Shown piece after piece: positions 10,327 to 20,800 of a stretch of DNA of 64,000 bases. Every line of letters begins with the position of its first letter. Positions within the stretch are counted from its first letter, which is position 1. Below the pieces are notes generated by a model. That model was not told where the DNA came from, made no database searches, and saw only the letters and a list, made by a program, of their open reading frames with translations. The translations under genes were made by a program, and so were the position numbers. Source of the DNA: a virus (taxonomy: Duplodnaviria > Caudoviricetes); IMG/VR virus record IMGVR_UViG_3300020045_001587, positions 1-64,000 of that record; one strand, given 5' to 3'.

Positions 10327-10678
10327 AATTATCCCCCCTTAAATAAACATTTCAATTACATCAAATTGGCTTACGACAATTTCTCGGCCAAGTCTGTTAA
10401 TACATCTCATCTTAGCACAATCAATCCACTCTAGGAAGAAACATTTATATGTTCCCATGCCAGAGCTAACAATTAATACAGAGCCTTGCCTCATAATTGA
10501 TATGTCCTGTCAGAAACGCTTGTACGCGCTTTAAATTGATTGTTGGTATGATTCTATGTCCTAGGCCAGAAAGCGGCTAGAATAGCCCTTAAACAAGGCA
10601 TACGAGGCATCTAGCGGCTATTCTGTTGATGCATAGGCCAGCCTAATTCCCTTCGGGCTTGCTCATGTTCGGCTTGTG

Positions 10679-11576
10679 TCATTGTTGTTCCTCTATCGTC
10701 CAGATAAAGCCTTCAGCCTCAATGACAGATACGGGCTTTGCAGGATTACCTACCAGTTCCCAAAATTCCGTGTACTTACTGCACACATTTTCTAACTCAT
10801 AGATGAGATGCTGTTTTTCTTTTTGGAGACGTTCTATAGTTGCGTCAGCATCTTTCAATTTCTGACACGTAACGCAAAGCCATCCATCGGTGCAGCATTC
10901 GCCGTGACCTGTTACAGTTCCGCATGGTTTAAACATTTTATTCTCCTTCAATATCTTCAAGGATTTCTTTCGCTTCTTTTAGCATCACCTCAACAGACAT
11001 AACATGACCACTAAGGACCGCATGCATAAGACCTTTTAGAGCGGACTCAAGTGCCTCTATCTTATTATCTGCTTGAATGGCCAGTTCAGCCGCCCCATGG
11101 CGTGCATCTCTGTGACCTTCAGCATACGCCATAGAGGGCTTTGCGGAGATTCCGACTAATGCTTTCTTGAAGGAATCTTCTGGAAGGTTCATAATTTCGT
11201 TGTGATAGTAATTCTTCATAACATTCCTAATTTAAATTTGACAAATAACAACCAAGCAGGACGACTAGAAATTATTCTACAATAGAGCCTGAATATAGAC
11301 AAGCCCTATTAGAAAATTTATTCAACGCCATGCATAAATTGCAGAATAATTACCTTTTGTGTTACTTGCAAATTCCTCAGCATGGATGATTTTTACAGCG
11401 TCGCTAAATGGAAGTACGGGGTTATTTTGACAGAACGTGCGCAAGTCGCTATAAACGCTGTAGTTAACATTCCCGTTATCATCAAAAATCATGCGCGATG
11501 TTTCCGAGCCTTCGCGGTATGGATCACCTAGAGTAGGGCAATCACCGTCTGGCGTAAAGTATTTGGAGATGTCCAT
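10679..11576 (-). other. Small hypothetical genes (10679-~10935, 10938-11219, 11322-11576)
   Basis: Co-oriented ORFs; promoter TTGTCT-17-TAGAAT at 11274-11302. Confidence 0.65.
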
Positions 11577-11778
11577 AATCAGCCCTTCAAAGAAACAGCA
11601 TAGCGGCTGCGCTGAATATTGTTAGGCTTGAATTCAGGACCGCTATCAATGCACTTGACAGGGAAGCCGTTAGCCTTACGGGCTGTTGCAAGCTGGCGCA
11701 TAGCAGCGCGGGATTTCATGTAGATGAGCATTTATTTCTCCTAAGAATTTGTCAGACAGCGTTTGCTGCCATGTGTTA

Positions 11779-11807
11779 AGAATAATAGATATTGTGAGGA
11801 TTGTCAA
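11779..11807 (-). promoter_or_regulatory. sigma70-type promoter TTGACA-17-TATTCT
   Basis: Consensus -35 and 17-nt spacer. Confidence 0.7.
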
Positions 11808-12263
11808 GACTATTCTAAAATACTTCTTGTGTGTCAATCTCAGTGAATCCGCAATCCTTGCACATTCGCTGCTGTACAATCTTGACACAGCCGCTACCTT
11901 TACCGACAAAACGATGTGTAACCTCCCAAAGTGCAAAGTTATGAATATGCTTATCACGTTTTAGCCAATTGAACATAACATTTCCTTTAAATTAATTTCA
12001 GCTTATATGCTATAGCCGCCCACAGCGCAATGCAAAGCAACAGGGCGAATACGAGTTCATAATTGATTTTCATTGTGTGCCTCGTAATGCTTATAAGCGG
12101 CCTGTTTGGCTTCTTCGCTTGTCTCAAAGAATGGCATAGAGCAGAACTCACCGTCAATCAAGATTGTGTAGTCTCCGCACATTTCTGAGATGTACAGCGA
12201 ATAAATCGCAGGAAGGTTTAGTATGGCATATTGCATGTTAGCTCCTTGTGTTTGTATGTGTCT

Positions 12264-12293
12264 ATTATCGTCTGTATTGTGATGTGCTGTCAA
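12264..12293 (-). promoter_or_regulatory. sigma70-type promoter TTGACA-18-GATAAT
   Basis: Hexamers; downstream 17 nt identical to those of the 3734 promoter. Confidence 0.7.
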
Positions 12294-12766
12294 GCGTTAT
12301 TTTAGTCATTCTCGCATTCATTCAAGAACAACAGTACGCTGGCCTTCTGGTGGGCTTCCCAAGCCTTTGAATAGGCTTCCATCAATCGCCCGTCATCTGG
12401 CGTAATTTGCCATTGCTTGTACAGGGCTTTTGCTTCTGCACGAGTACGCCAAAATTCATTTTCCAAGCTACGCGAAATAATTTCTTTAGACATGATGTTT
12501 CCCCTCATTCAAATTTCAAAATTTCTTCTGCATCTTGTCTAGTCAGACCAGCACCTAATAGCTGTTCCACAAAAGCGTCCCTGTATGGGTTATTGTGGAA
12601 CGTTCGCCGGATGACATCGAAGGGCCGCGCCTTGTCTGTTATGACGCTGGCAATCAATGTCTTGCCACGATAGGCGCGGGCAATGTTCGGGGTTCCCTGC
12701 ACTTTGTTTGCAGAGGATGATGTGATGCGGATATTTGCGCCGCTGCTGGTTGTAATTTCGGGCATG

Positions 12767-13123
12767 TTATTTGCCTTCCTTTGGCATCTCATCCTCACGG
12801 CCAAGCATACTTGCAATTTGCCAAAACCATGCTTGATCGTCCTCGCACATATCCTCAAACTCTGCCAACAACTCATCAAAGAAGCCCTCTTTTCCGTCAT
12901 AAGGGGAATTGTAAAAGGATTCCAGCTTATCGCCATTCAGCATTGCAACCTGATATTCTTCGTTAGTCAAGAATACGTTACCGCTATTCCGGTTCATCAT
13001 TGCTTGCACACCGCTATCATCAAAATCTGTTGGCAAACCTTGTTCCAGCCATGTATCAAGCAAATCGCGCAACATTTTGATTTCACGATGGCCGAAGTCT
13101 GCGAGGTTGGTAGTAGTGGACAT
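12767..13123 (-). CDS. Hypothetical acidic phage protein (start revised to MSTTTN)
   Basis: AAGGGAATG RBS-like sequence upstream of 13123; promoter TGTACA-17-TATAAT at 13158-13186. Confidence 0.75.
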   Translation of the reverse strand: MSTTTNLADFGHREIKMLRDLLDTWLEQGLPTDFDDSGVQAMMNRNSGNVFLTNEEYQVAMLNGDKLESFYNSPYDGKEGFFDELLAEFEDMCEDDQAWFWQIASMLGREDEMPKEGK

Positions 13124-13431
13124 TTTGCATTCCCTTGTGTGTTGAGTTAGTAGAGCTATTATAAGTCGTCTTGCAGACAATGTACAGAATTATTTAGAAA
13201 CTTGCGTGTTAGTTGCTTCCGTTCAATCGACTAGCAGCATCAATAGCGTCTGCTTTGAATTTGTACCAGCACATTGTACTATTCTTACCACAAATGTAGC
13301 CGGGCTTATTCTCGCCTTGCCATTGCAGAGTGTAGCCGCCACGTTCACCCGTTGCCTTGTATTGCGTGATCACTTTAAACATGTCTAGCTCCTATTAGCT
13401 GGCAACACGTTATGTGCTGCCCATGAATGAC

Positions 13432-13460
13432 ACTATAAAGCACAAATACAGACAATGCAA
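13432..13460 (-). promoter_or_regulatory. sigma70-type promoter TTGCAT-17-TATAGT
   Basis: Hexamers and spacing. Confidence 0.7.
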
Positions 13461-13637
13461 GCATTATTTGAGACAAGAGGCAGAATTCTTTGCTGTACGT
13501 CTAACGCAAGGCTACGCAACAGCCCTCGTATGCCTTACAACAGCCGCTAGGAGCGCTTTAAACGTGCTGGACATAGAGACATACAAGGAACGTGCGGGAG
13601 GCGCTTAGAATGCGTTTAAACAAGAGGAAAAGAATGC

Positions 13638-13666
13638 TTGCAAATTATTGGAAGATGAATTAATAT
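13638..13666 (+). promoter_or_regulatory. Counter-oriented promoter TTGCAA-17-TAATAT
   Basis: The only clear rightward promoter I found in the leftward early cluster. Confidence 0.6.
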
Positions 13667-13748
13667 GTACACATAGCAGCGAGGAATTGAAAGCCTATTT
13701 GGTTAGGAGAGAACTGGCCCTGCAAGAAAGGTTTATATTGGAAGGGGC

Positions 13749-13773
13749 AAAGAAAAGCCGCACAATGGCGGCT
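13749..13773 (-). terminator. Intrinsic terminator
   Basis: AGCCGC-CATTGT-GCGGCT followed by TTTCTTT. Confidence 0.75.
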
Positions 13774-13920
13774 GGTGTTACTACTATTTCACATTAGCGT
13801 AGCAAAATTTCCATCGCAAAGGTTCATAGAAACAATCTACACCTTCCCGCGTATGCTGCTTTACTTTCAAACCACGCCACATTTTGCCACAATACCGGCC
13901 TTCACGCTTGTTTCTACTAG

Positions 13921-14700
13921 TCATCGCGTAAATCCTTTCTCAAACATAAAGCGCAAGCTGCCGTCGTCAATTTCAGATTCAAAGCATCGGACGACATTGT
14001 AACCTATCTGCGGAACAGGCTTCCAGCCATCATCTAGCTGATCTCGCAAGATTGCCGGAATGATGGTAATTTGTTTCTGGAAAGCATGTAAGCCATCATC
14101 AAAGTAAATCCAGTTAAATCCATATTCTTTGGCAATGGCAAGATTGCGATAGTATTGTTTATCGTGTTTCATATTACAGCCCTAATTCAGCAAGCATTGC
14201 ATCGGCGTCAATCTCGCAAGGTTCACCGTATGGCACGCCGTCAAGTAAGATCACTGCACTGGCAACGTCTAAAAATTTATACATATCTGGAAATTGCTCG
14301 GCATTTGCAATGTGGCGTTTGAGGTTGCGTATTTCGGACATCGTATACATCGGCGAAGCGTTGCAGCAAAAGAACTCTGCGCCTGTTTTGTCTGTGATGC
14401 AAATGTTATGCCACTGGTTCATTTCATTTCCTCTGTTGTTTGCGTCAATGAACACATCATAAGGCATTCATTGGCGGCTGTCAATGGTTGTTCTGAGAAT
14501 TGTTAGAAGAAATTACGCCATATCGTACCATTCCACAAGCTGGATTCGCCGAGCAGGGTGTTTACTAATCTTGCCCATCATTACACAGCAATTTTCGTGA
14601 GTATCCGGGTATTGCGTCATATACGTAAGTTCTCCCGACTTTTCGTTAATGGCTACGATGTGGTAGAGGCGTTCGCGTATTTGGTTCATTATGTTAGCTC
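13921..14700 (-). other. Small early genes (13921-14172, 14174-~14425, ~14515-14690) with promoters TTGACA-17-TATGAT (14456-14484) and TTGACA-17-CACAAT (14749-14777)
   Basis: ORFs with GAGG/GGAG RBS and consensus -35 boxes. Confidence 0.7.
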
Positions 14701-15360
14701 CTTTGTGTTGATTTCGTTTGCCTTTCGCCTATTGCTAAAGGTACAGCCATTGTGCCGTGTTCGCTTCAGCCTGTCAAGCGTTTTGCACAAGATATATTCA
14801 TCATATAGACATGGCACAGCTTTGCCGCATATCAATGGCATGTCATTCATGTATATACACTAGCTTTACTGATAGTGCAGCGGCTACATTGCGTCTCAAG
14901 CCAATGCGCAACAGCGTGCCGTCTACTGGTGAACAGGCCGAAAAAGAGGCGTATGGACAGGAAAGATACAATTTAAAATTTATTTTGAGGAAACCATGCA
15001 CAAGGACGAAAAGTATGCAATAATGGTTCATCGGTTGCAGACGGCAGATCGACTAAAAGAGCCGTGGGCGAACGCTTTTATGCTTTGCTAATGTACTATC
15101 TCGTTCTGAATAGTTTACTAATGTACTTTCTATTGATGAACAATTCATTTGTGAATGGCTTGTCAGACAGGCAAATTAGCCTTATAGGGGAGGAAATTTT
15201 CGGGGATGGTCTGGAGAAATTCAATTCTGTTCTATTTTGAGAATTCCTAGGCCATAATTTGAAAATGCGGTAGATTATTTTTCAGCGCAACTGAGTGAGC
15301 GACATGGTTTTTCTAGGATTAAATGAAGCAAAATTCCTGCACCATTTCTCTGGATATGAA

Positions 15361-15394
15361 AAAGCCCTCCGAACATTTCTGTAGGGAAGGCTTT
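15361..15394 (-). terminator. Probable terminator after the tailspike gene
   Basis: Imperfect AAAGCC...GGCTTT stem followed by a T-run on the minus strand. Confidence 0.55.
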
Positions 15395-15413
15395 GTGTTA
15401 TGATTAATAATAT

Positions 15414-17093
15414 TTACACAGTAACAACAGAAACTTCACTGATTTGCACTGTCACACTTCCTGCACCTGCTGCGCTGATAACAAACGATAATGTAAGCCC
15501 ACCACCTAGCGCGGTAACACCCCAAGCAGCGAGGTCTAGTTCGCACAACATAATCCCTGTGAAGCCCTCTTGTAAGGCTACGTCATTTGGGTCTGGAAGA
15601 CCCCATGTAAAGTTAGGATTTACATTGCCAAAACCCGACAAATACATCCTCACATTCTTAAAATTGGTAGGTGAACTGACAGTAACTCGTGCAGTGGCCC
15701 TAATTTTAGAGGATAATGAAGGTAAACGGGCGGCCATATTAGTCGATGTGAATGTCACATAATCACCTCCTGTGCTGAAAGTAGTTACCAATTGTTGGGC
15801 AGACCCTGCACCATTAGGGGCAGCTACAATAGAGCCTACTGTGGAAGCTGACCCGCCATCTACTTTTGTCCAATTCTGAGAAATACCACCACTCGGGGTT
15901 CCTAAATTGAACATCCCATTTTGCAGAATGTTTGCTGACAGTGGAAATAGGGAAGTTCCTGCCTCGTCAACTCGTGCATCGCCTGCTGAAGAAAGCAGTG
16001 GAATGGGAGGAATTCCTTGGGCAATCCATTTTGCTGCAACGTATGAACCAATATAGTACGCCCCTAAATTGCGAGGATGCAAGTCATCATAAGAGTAGTT
16101 GGATTTCATACTACTAGTTTTAGAGGAAGGTTCCGCAGCAACTGAATAAAGATCATATAGAATTGCACGTTTGCCATACTTTAGAACTTTACTGCGAATC
16201 CAGTTGTTGTACGCCAATACCCCACCTTGACGAGAAACATTATAATTTCCATACGTAGAATTCATAGGTAAGATAGTAGCTAGATGTAACACCTTACCTG
16301 ATGCAATAATTGCGTCTAACATAGGTTCAATAGCTGACGTAAGGATAGCCACTGGACAATCCGCTTGTAAGTCATTAATACCTGTTGCAAAAAATACATC
16401 TGTTATGTCTGCTCTTGCTAGTACGGTATTTACTTGCTCTTGCGTAGTTGGATGAACTGAGCTTGTATAGCTTGTGGACCCGGTACTTGGGACTGCTGCC
16501 ATTAGCGACATTGAGAATGCCTGCCCCGATTTCTCCAGCGCCCATTTCACCCACCCGAACGGCTGCGAATACAGGGCAGCACTGGCAATACTCCCACCAA
16601 ATGCTCGTGCGACAATAGAGTCACCAACGAATGCCATACTGTTTCCGGGCCTAGACAAAAGGTTAGTCATACCAAGAGACGCAGCTTTCAACGATACATC
16701 AATACTTCCAGACGAACAAGAAATAACAAATTTCTGAGTCCCGGAATAGTTTCCATAGGTAACAATGGTACTATTTGATACAGCAGTTGTGAATTCAATA
16801 CTTCCGTCAGATTTATACTTAGTAATACTTCCTGTAGCTGAGTTAGATGTGAATGTGGCAGACGTACCTTCTTTGACATAATAAGTCAAGTCATTTCCAA
16901 CGGTAGCAGTTTCAGTTGCCGCCAACCCAAATACAGCCTTGACGCGACCAGTGCGAGTATCACTTGGAATTTGCAGGGAGTTCACAAACCCTGTAATATT
17001 CGTTGAACCCAAGCCTGACTGAGCAAAGACAATTTCTCCAAGCTCATTTACAGGCCATACAGCCGACTCAGCGGTAAAATCATTTTGTGCCAT
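15414..17093 (-). CDS. SGNH/GDSL-esterase-containing tailspike or virion depolymerase (probable start MAQNDF)
   Basis: SGNH blocks FVGDSI, GIND, DDLHP; flanking beta-rich Ser/Thr/Gly-rich domains. Confidence 0.8.
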   Translation of the reverse strand: MAQNDFTAESAVWPVNELGEIVFAQSGLGSTNITGFVNSLQIPSDTRTGRVKAVFGLAATETATVGNDLTYYVKEGTSATFTSNSATGSITKYKSDGSIEFTTAVSNSTIVTYGNYSGTQKFVISCSSGSIDVSLKAASLGMTNLLSRPGNSMAFVGDSIVARAFGGSIASAALYSQPFGWVKWALEKSGQAFSMSLMAAVPSTGSTSYTSSVHPTTQEQVNTVLARADITDVFFATGINDLQADCPVAILTSAIEPMLDAIIASGKVLHLATILPMNSTYGNYNVSRQGGVLAYNNWIRSKVLKYGKRAILYDLYSVAAEPSSKTSSMKSNYSYDDLHPRNLGAYYIGSYVAAKWIAQGIPPIPLLSSAGDARVDEAGTSLFPLSANILQNGMFNLGTPSGGISQNWTKVDGGSASTVGSIVAAPNGAGSAQQLVTTFSTGGDYVTFTSTNMAARLPSLSSKIRATARVTVSSPTNFKNVRMYLSGFGNVNPNFTWGLPDPNDVALQEGFTGIMLCELDLAAWGVTALGGGLTLSFVISAAGAGSVTVQISEVSVVTV

Positions 17094-17190
17094 ATTTCTC
17101 TTTCTTATATTATAATATATTCTCTGCACAGGATGCACAAAGAAAGCTCTCGTCAGAGCGTAAATTCATGCCAGAATAACATGAATTCTT

Positions 17191-17269
17191 ATTATAACAG
17201 AAATCTGCAAAATGTCAAGGAAATGTTGTAGAAATTAATTGTTGACATTGTGTAGAAATGGCGTAGAAT
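17191..17269. promoter_or_regulatory. Divergent promoter pair: minus TTGACA-16-TATAAT (17191-17218) and plus TTGACA-16-TAGAAT (17242-17269)
   Basis: Consensus hexamers at the strand switch. Confidence 0.8.
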
Positions 17270-17318
17270 TGCCTGTGAGTGCTGTGCGTTGTGTGCAGCG
17301 CATGTTAGGGAGAGAAGA

Positions 17319-17862
17319 ATGACCAATAGGATGGATTTGATTAAGAGTTTAGTGAATGCAGCATCGTATGCGTCGGGGTATAGTATTTCTGAGGAAGCCC
17401 TTGAAGAGCGGTTCAAGGAGATTTTTGCTCAATATACCAAACCAGCGGCGGTTACTGAGCGCGACATTCAAGCTGAACTGGATGTAGCATTAAAAAGTTC
17501 GGCCGAATATGTTGTTGCTGTGGAAAAACTACTAGCTGAGAAACAAGTGTCAACCCGCCTGACTGACGCCCTGATGGCGCAAGCCTTGCCGAAGTGGATA
17601 GACGCCGCCAAGGGCAAAGACCCATTCACCGACGACCTAGTAGCGTATATCGAGGGGGCATCCTGTGCGGCAGTCCGTGCAAACCCAACCAGCGGAAACA
17701 GATACCAATCGACTTACTTGGCTGGAAGACCAGTATTGCTGTGACGGTCATGGCTACATTTTGCTTGAGGGGACTTTGAATTGCTCCGAGCATAAAAATT
17801 ACGACCTGCGGGCGGCTATTGACGCGGCTATTCTTGCCGAGCAACTTGGCGGGCTATCCTGA
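17319..17862 (+). pseudogene. Hypothetical gene apparently split by a frameshift at a G5 run (17654-17658)
   Basis: Removing one G joins MTNRMDL...YIEG to HPVRQSV...DTNRLTWLE...LRAAIDAA. Confidence 0.55.
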
Positions 17863-20800
17863 TGTGGTATCTCACAGGTTGCTGGGCACTGGCGTACAGG
17901 TGTACAGGTGGTATGCGCTCCCACTGGTACACACCGTTTCTGTGTCGCTTGTTGGGTGAGTTCAAAGTAGACTCAGATAATGGAACACGTTGCTATACAT
18001 ACAACTGTGTCACACTGCTGATTCCTAAAATTAATAAAGGAAACAAATAATGGCTTATTTTGTAGGTTCGTGCCTAATAACACTTGCGTTCATGTTCGGA
18101 GCATCTACAGCAGACCATGCAACTCTCAAAGATTGTGCTACAAAGGGGGTTGCTAAGATGGCTGGCGGAGGCACTATTAAATGTGAAGTTGTTAAGGAGG
18201 AAGCTAAATGATGGCGTATATTCTAATTGTTGTAGTTACAGCCTGCGGATCGTCATCTTGCGGCACAGCTTGGTCCACAGTGAGTATGCAGCGTTTCGCT
18301 AGTGCTAAAGCTTGTCAATTTGCATCAGTTAAGCTGTTAGAGGTTTCTGAATACCCTAATAAAGTGAAGGTTGTATGTGTCCCAGAGGAAATCAAATGAG
18401 TAACACAGAAAATGATTGGGAATATGGTGCTCGGGTTAGAATGAGGAGCGTATCGTCATATAAGAGGCTTGTAAGGCTTGGATATGCAGCGGCGCCACCA
18501 GAACAAGTAGTCAAGCACGAAACCACAACAGAACAAATACTTAAACAAGGTTTTGAAATTGCTATGTCTATGCTCTATCCTAACGATGATGTTATGTGCT
18601 TCAAAGACAATACTTACAGAAATCATTTGACGCATAAGCTATTCATGTTGTATTGTAGTGGTGTCGGCAACACGTTGCCTCCCGGTAGCATGGAATATTT
18701 TGAGAAACATGACAAAGAGTGTATTGAATAAATTAGCTACGATTTATAACTATCTCGTATCTAACCTACGTAATAATTGACATTTCATATTAAAAGGAAT
18801 AATTATGAACAAATATATCAAAGCTGTAGAAGACGCTAAAGAGATTACACTACTTATTTTCAAAGGGCTTGGAGAAGAAGCACAAGATGCTGTTGAATAC
18901 ATTTCTCAATTGGCTATGCTGAATATTAATAGTGTTGTGGAAGAATCTGTCAAGGAACGTACAAAGCTGTTCCCTATGCACAATGAAGATGGCACACTCA
19001 CTCAATGGTATTTTGATTGTGAAGGCCATTATATTGACGTTGCTAAAGATGAAAAAGGAAATTATTCAATCTACTTCAGGGAACGAGAAACAGATGGAGA
19101 AGGTTGGTTGGATCAAGTTGAGCAGAAGAGTATAGACAATCTACCAAAGCTTCCAGAACCTGACACGCATTGCTTCGATGAGGATACAAGCAAAGATGTA
19201 TGGAGTTATAGTAATGAACAAATGTATGAGTATGGGAAATTGTGCAAACTGATTAATTACACTGTGGAGAAATAAATGAACATTGATGAACGCATTGCTG
19301 ACTTGGAAGCGAGTATTGCGGAGCTTCGTAAGCTACAGGAAATTGGTTATACAGTAAATGATGTAGTTGAGGAAGAATATTATTGGAGTGGGTATCATCG
19401 TCAGGTACTTGGTAAGGATGGCAATATTACAGGAATTGTTATTGACGAAGACGTTATGAAAAAGTATTTTGAAGACCTTGCAAAGGAAACCAAATGAGCA
19501 ATAAAGAATTCTACGTAGGGCAGGAAGTTGTTTGTGTAGAGCCAGCATTTAGTTACGGATTGTTGCTGTTACAAAAACATTACATTGTAGATATTGCAAT
19601 TAACTCATGGGTTAAATTGGATGGAGTAGAAAATAAATGGGACAAGACTCGTTTTGAAGACGCTAAAGAGTGGGCATCTCACCAAAATCCGTATGGAAAA
19701 GATTGGACAGAAAACAAAGGGTATTGTCCTGTTGAGGATGATGTGTTGGTTGATGTGCGTTTTGCTGATGGAGAAGATTGCATAGCACAGATCGCAGGTA
19801 ATCAGCTATGGGTCGAGAGTCTAGAGATATGGGATATCACACATTGGCGTTTGCATAAAGTTGAACAGCCTATCAAGGAAGAAGAATCCTTCAAGGGTCT
19901 TGAGAATGCTTATGACGAATACGAGCCAGAAGGTTCTCCAATGCCAGCTGAACTGTTCACGCCAGCAATTAATTACATGCCCGGTGACAAAGTTATTTAC
20001 AAATACCCTGAAACAAGCTATGTACCTCCTGAGAACATTCCTGTCAAGCGTAGCAAGCATTCCATTGCTGCTGAAGTATATGAGCTAATTACAGGAAAGA
20101 GCTTGACAGAGGATGATGTGAGTGATATTGTAGCTGTATTGCAGCTTATTGAACGAATGGAGAAATAATATGGCAATCTGTAACGGTTGTGGAGGTATTG
20201 TTGGTAGGGATTGTTTTAATCCTCAAGAGTGTGAGTGGATTAGTCGAGATATTGAAGCACGACATTACGCACAACAAGCTGCCGAATATCAAGAGTACGA
20301 GGCTGTTGGTAAGTTGGAGAACGATCTAGCACAATGTCAAGATGAGATTGAAAAACTTCGTTACGAGTTGGACGGAGCTATTTCTGATAGGAATTATTGG
20401 ATTGAATCTTATAACCGTATTTTGGATATGTATAATGAAACCAACAATTGAGCACGCTAAAATTCTCTTTGCAAATAAATATGCAGAGCCTTCTGTTGTT
20501 GAGCATAATGCACAAGCATGGCTAACGGCTGTGCAGGTGATCGGTGATAAATGGCTGCTGGCTAAGAAGGTTGAGAGGAAAGCTAAATGACAAATATGTT
20601 TTCTAAAGAACTCCTAGACTCTTGTGTTGTAGAGCTTCCAGAGAAATATTACATGAGCTATGAATACTCTGACGATGGTATTTATGTTTCTGTGGCAAAG
20701 CACCAAGACGGTGCAGCTACAATTGTAGTTTGTGAAGTTATTCCTTGGCCTGACGGAGAGAAGAAATGAGCAACTATATTCACGGATACACTCGACTAGT

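Noticed and set aside
12505-12936. Single 143-aa ORF overlapping 12767-13123
   Set aside because: The real gene more likely starts at MPEITT (about 12765), abutting the upstream stop.
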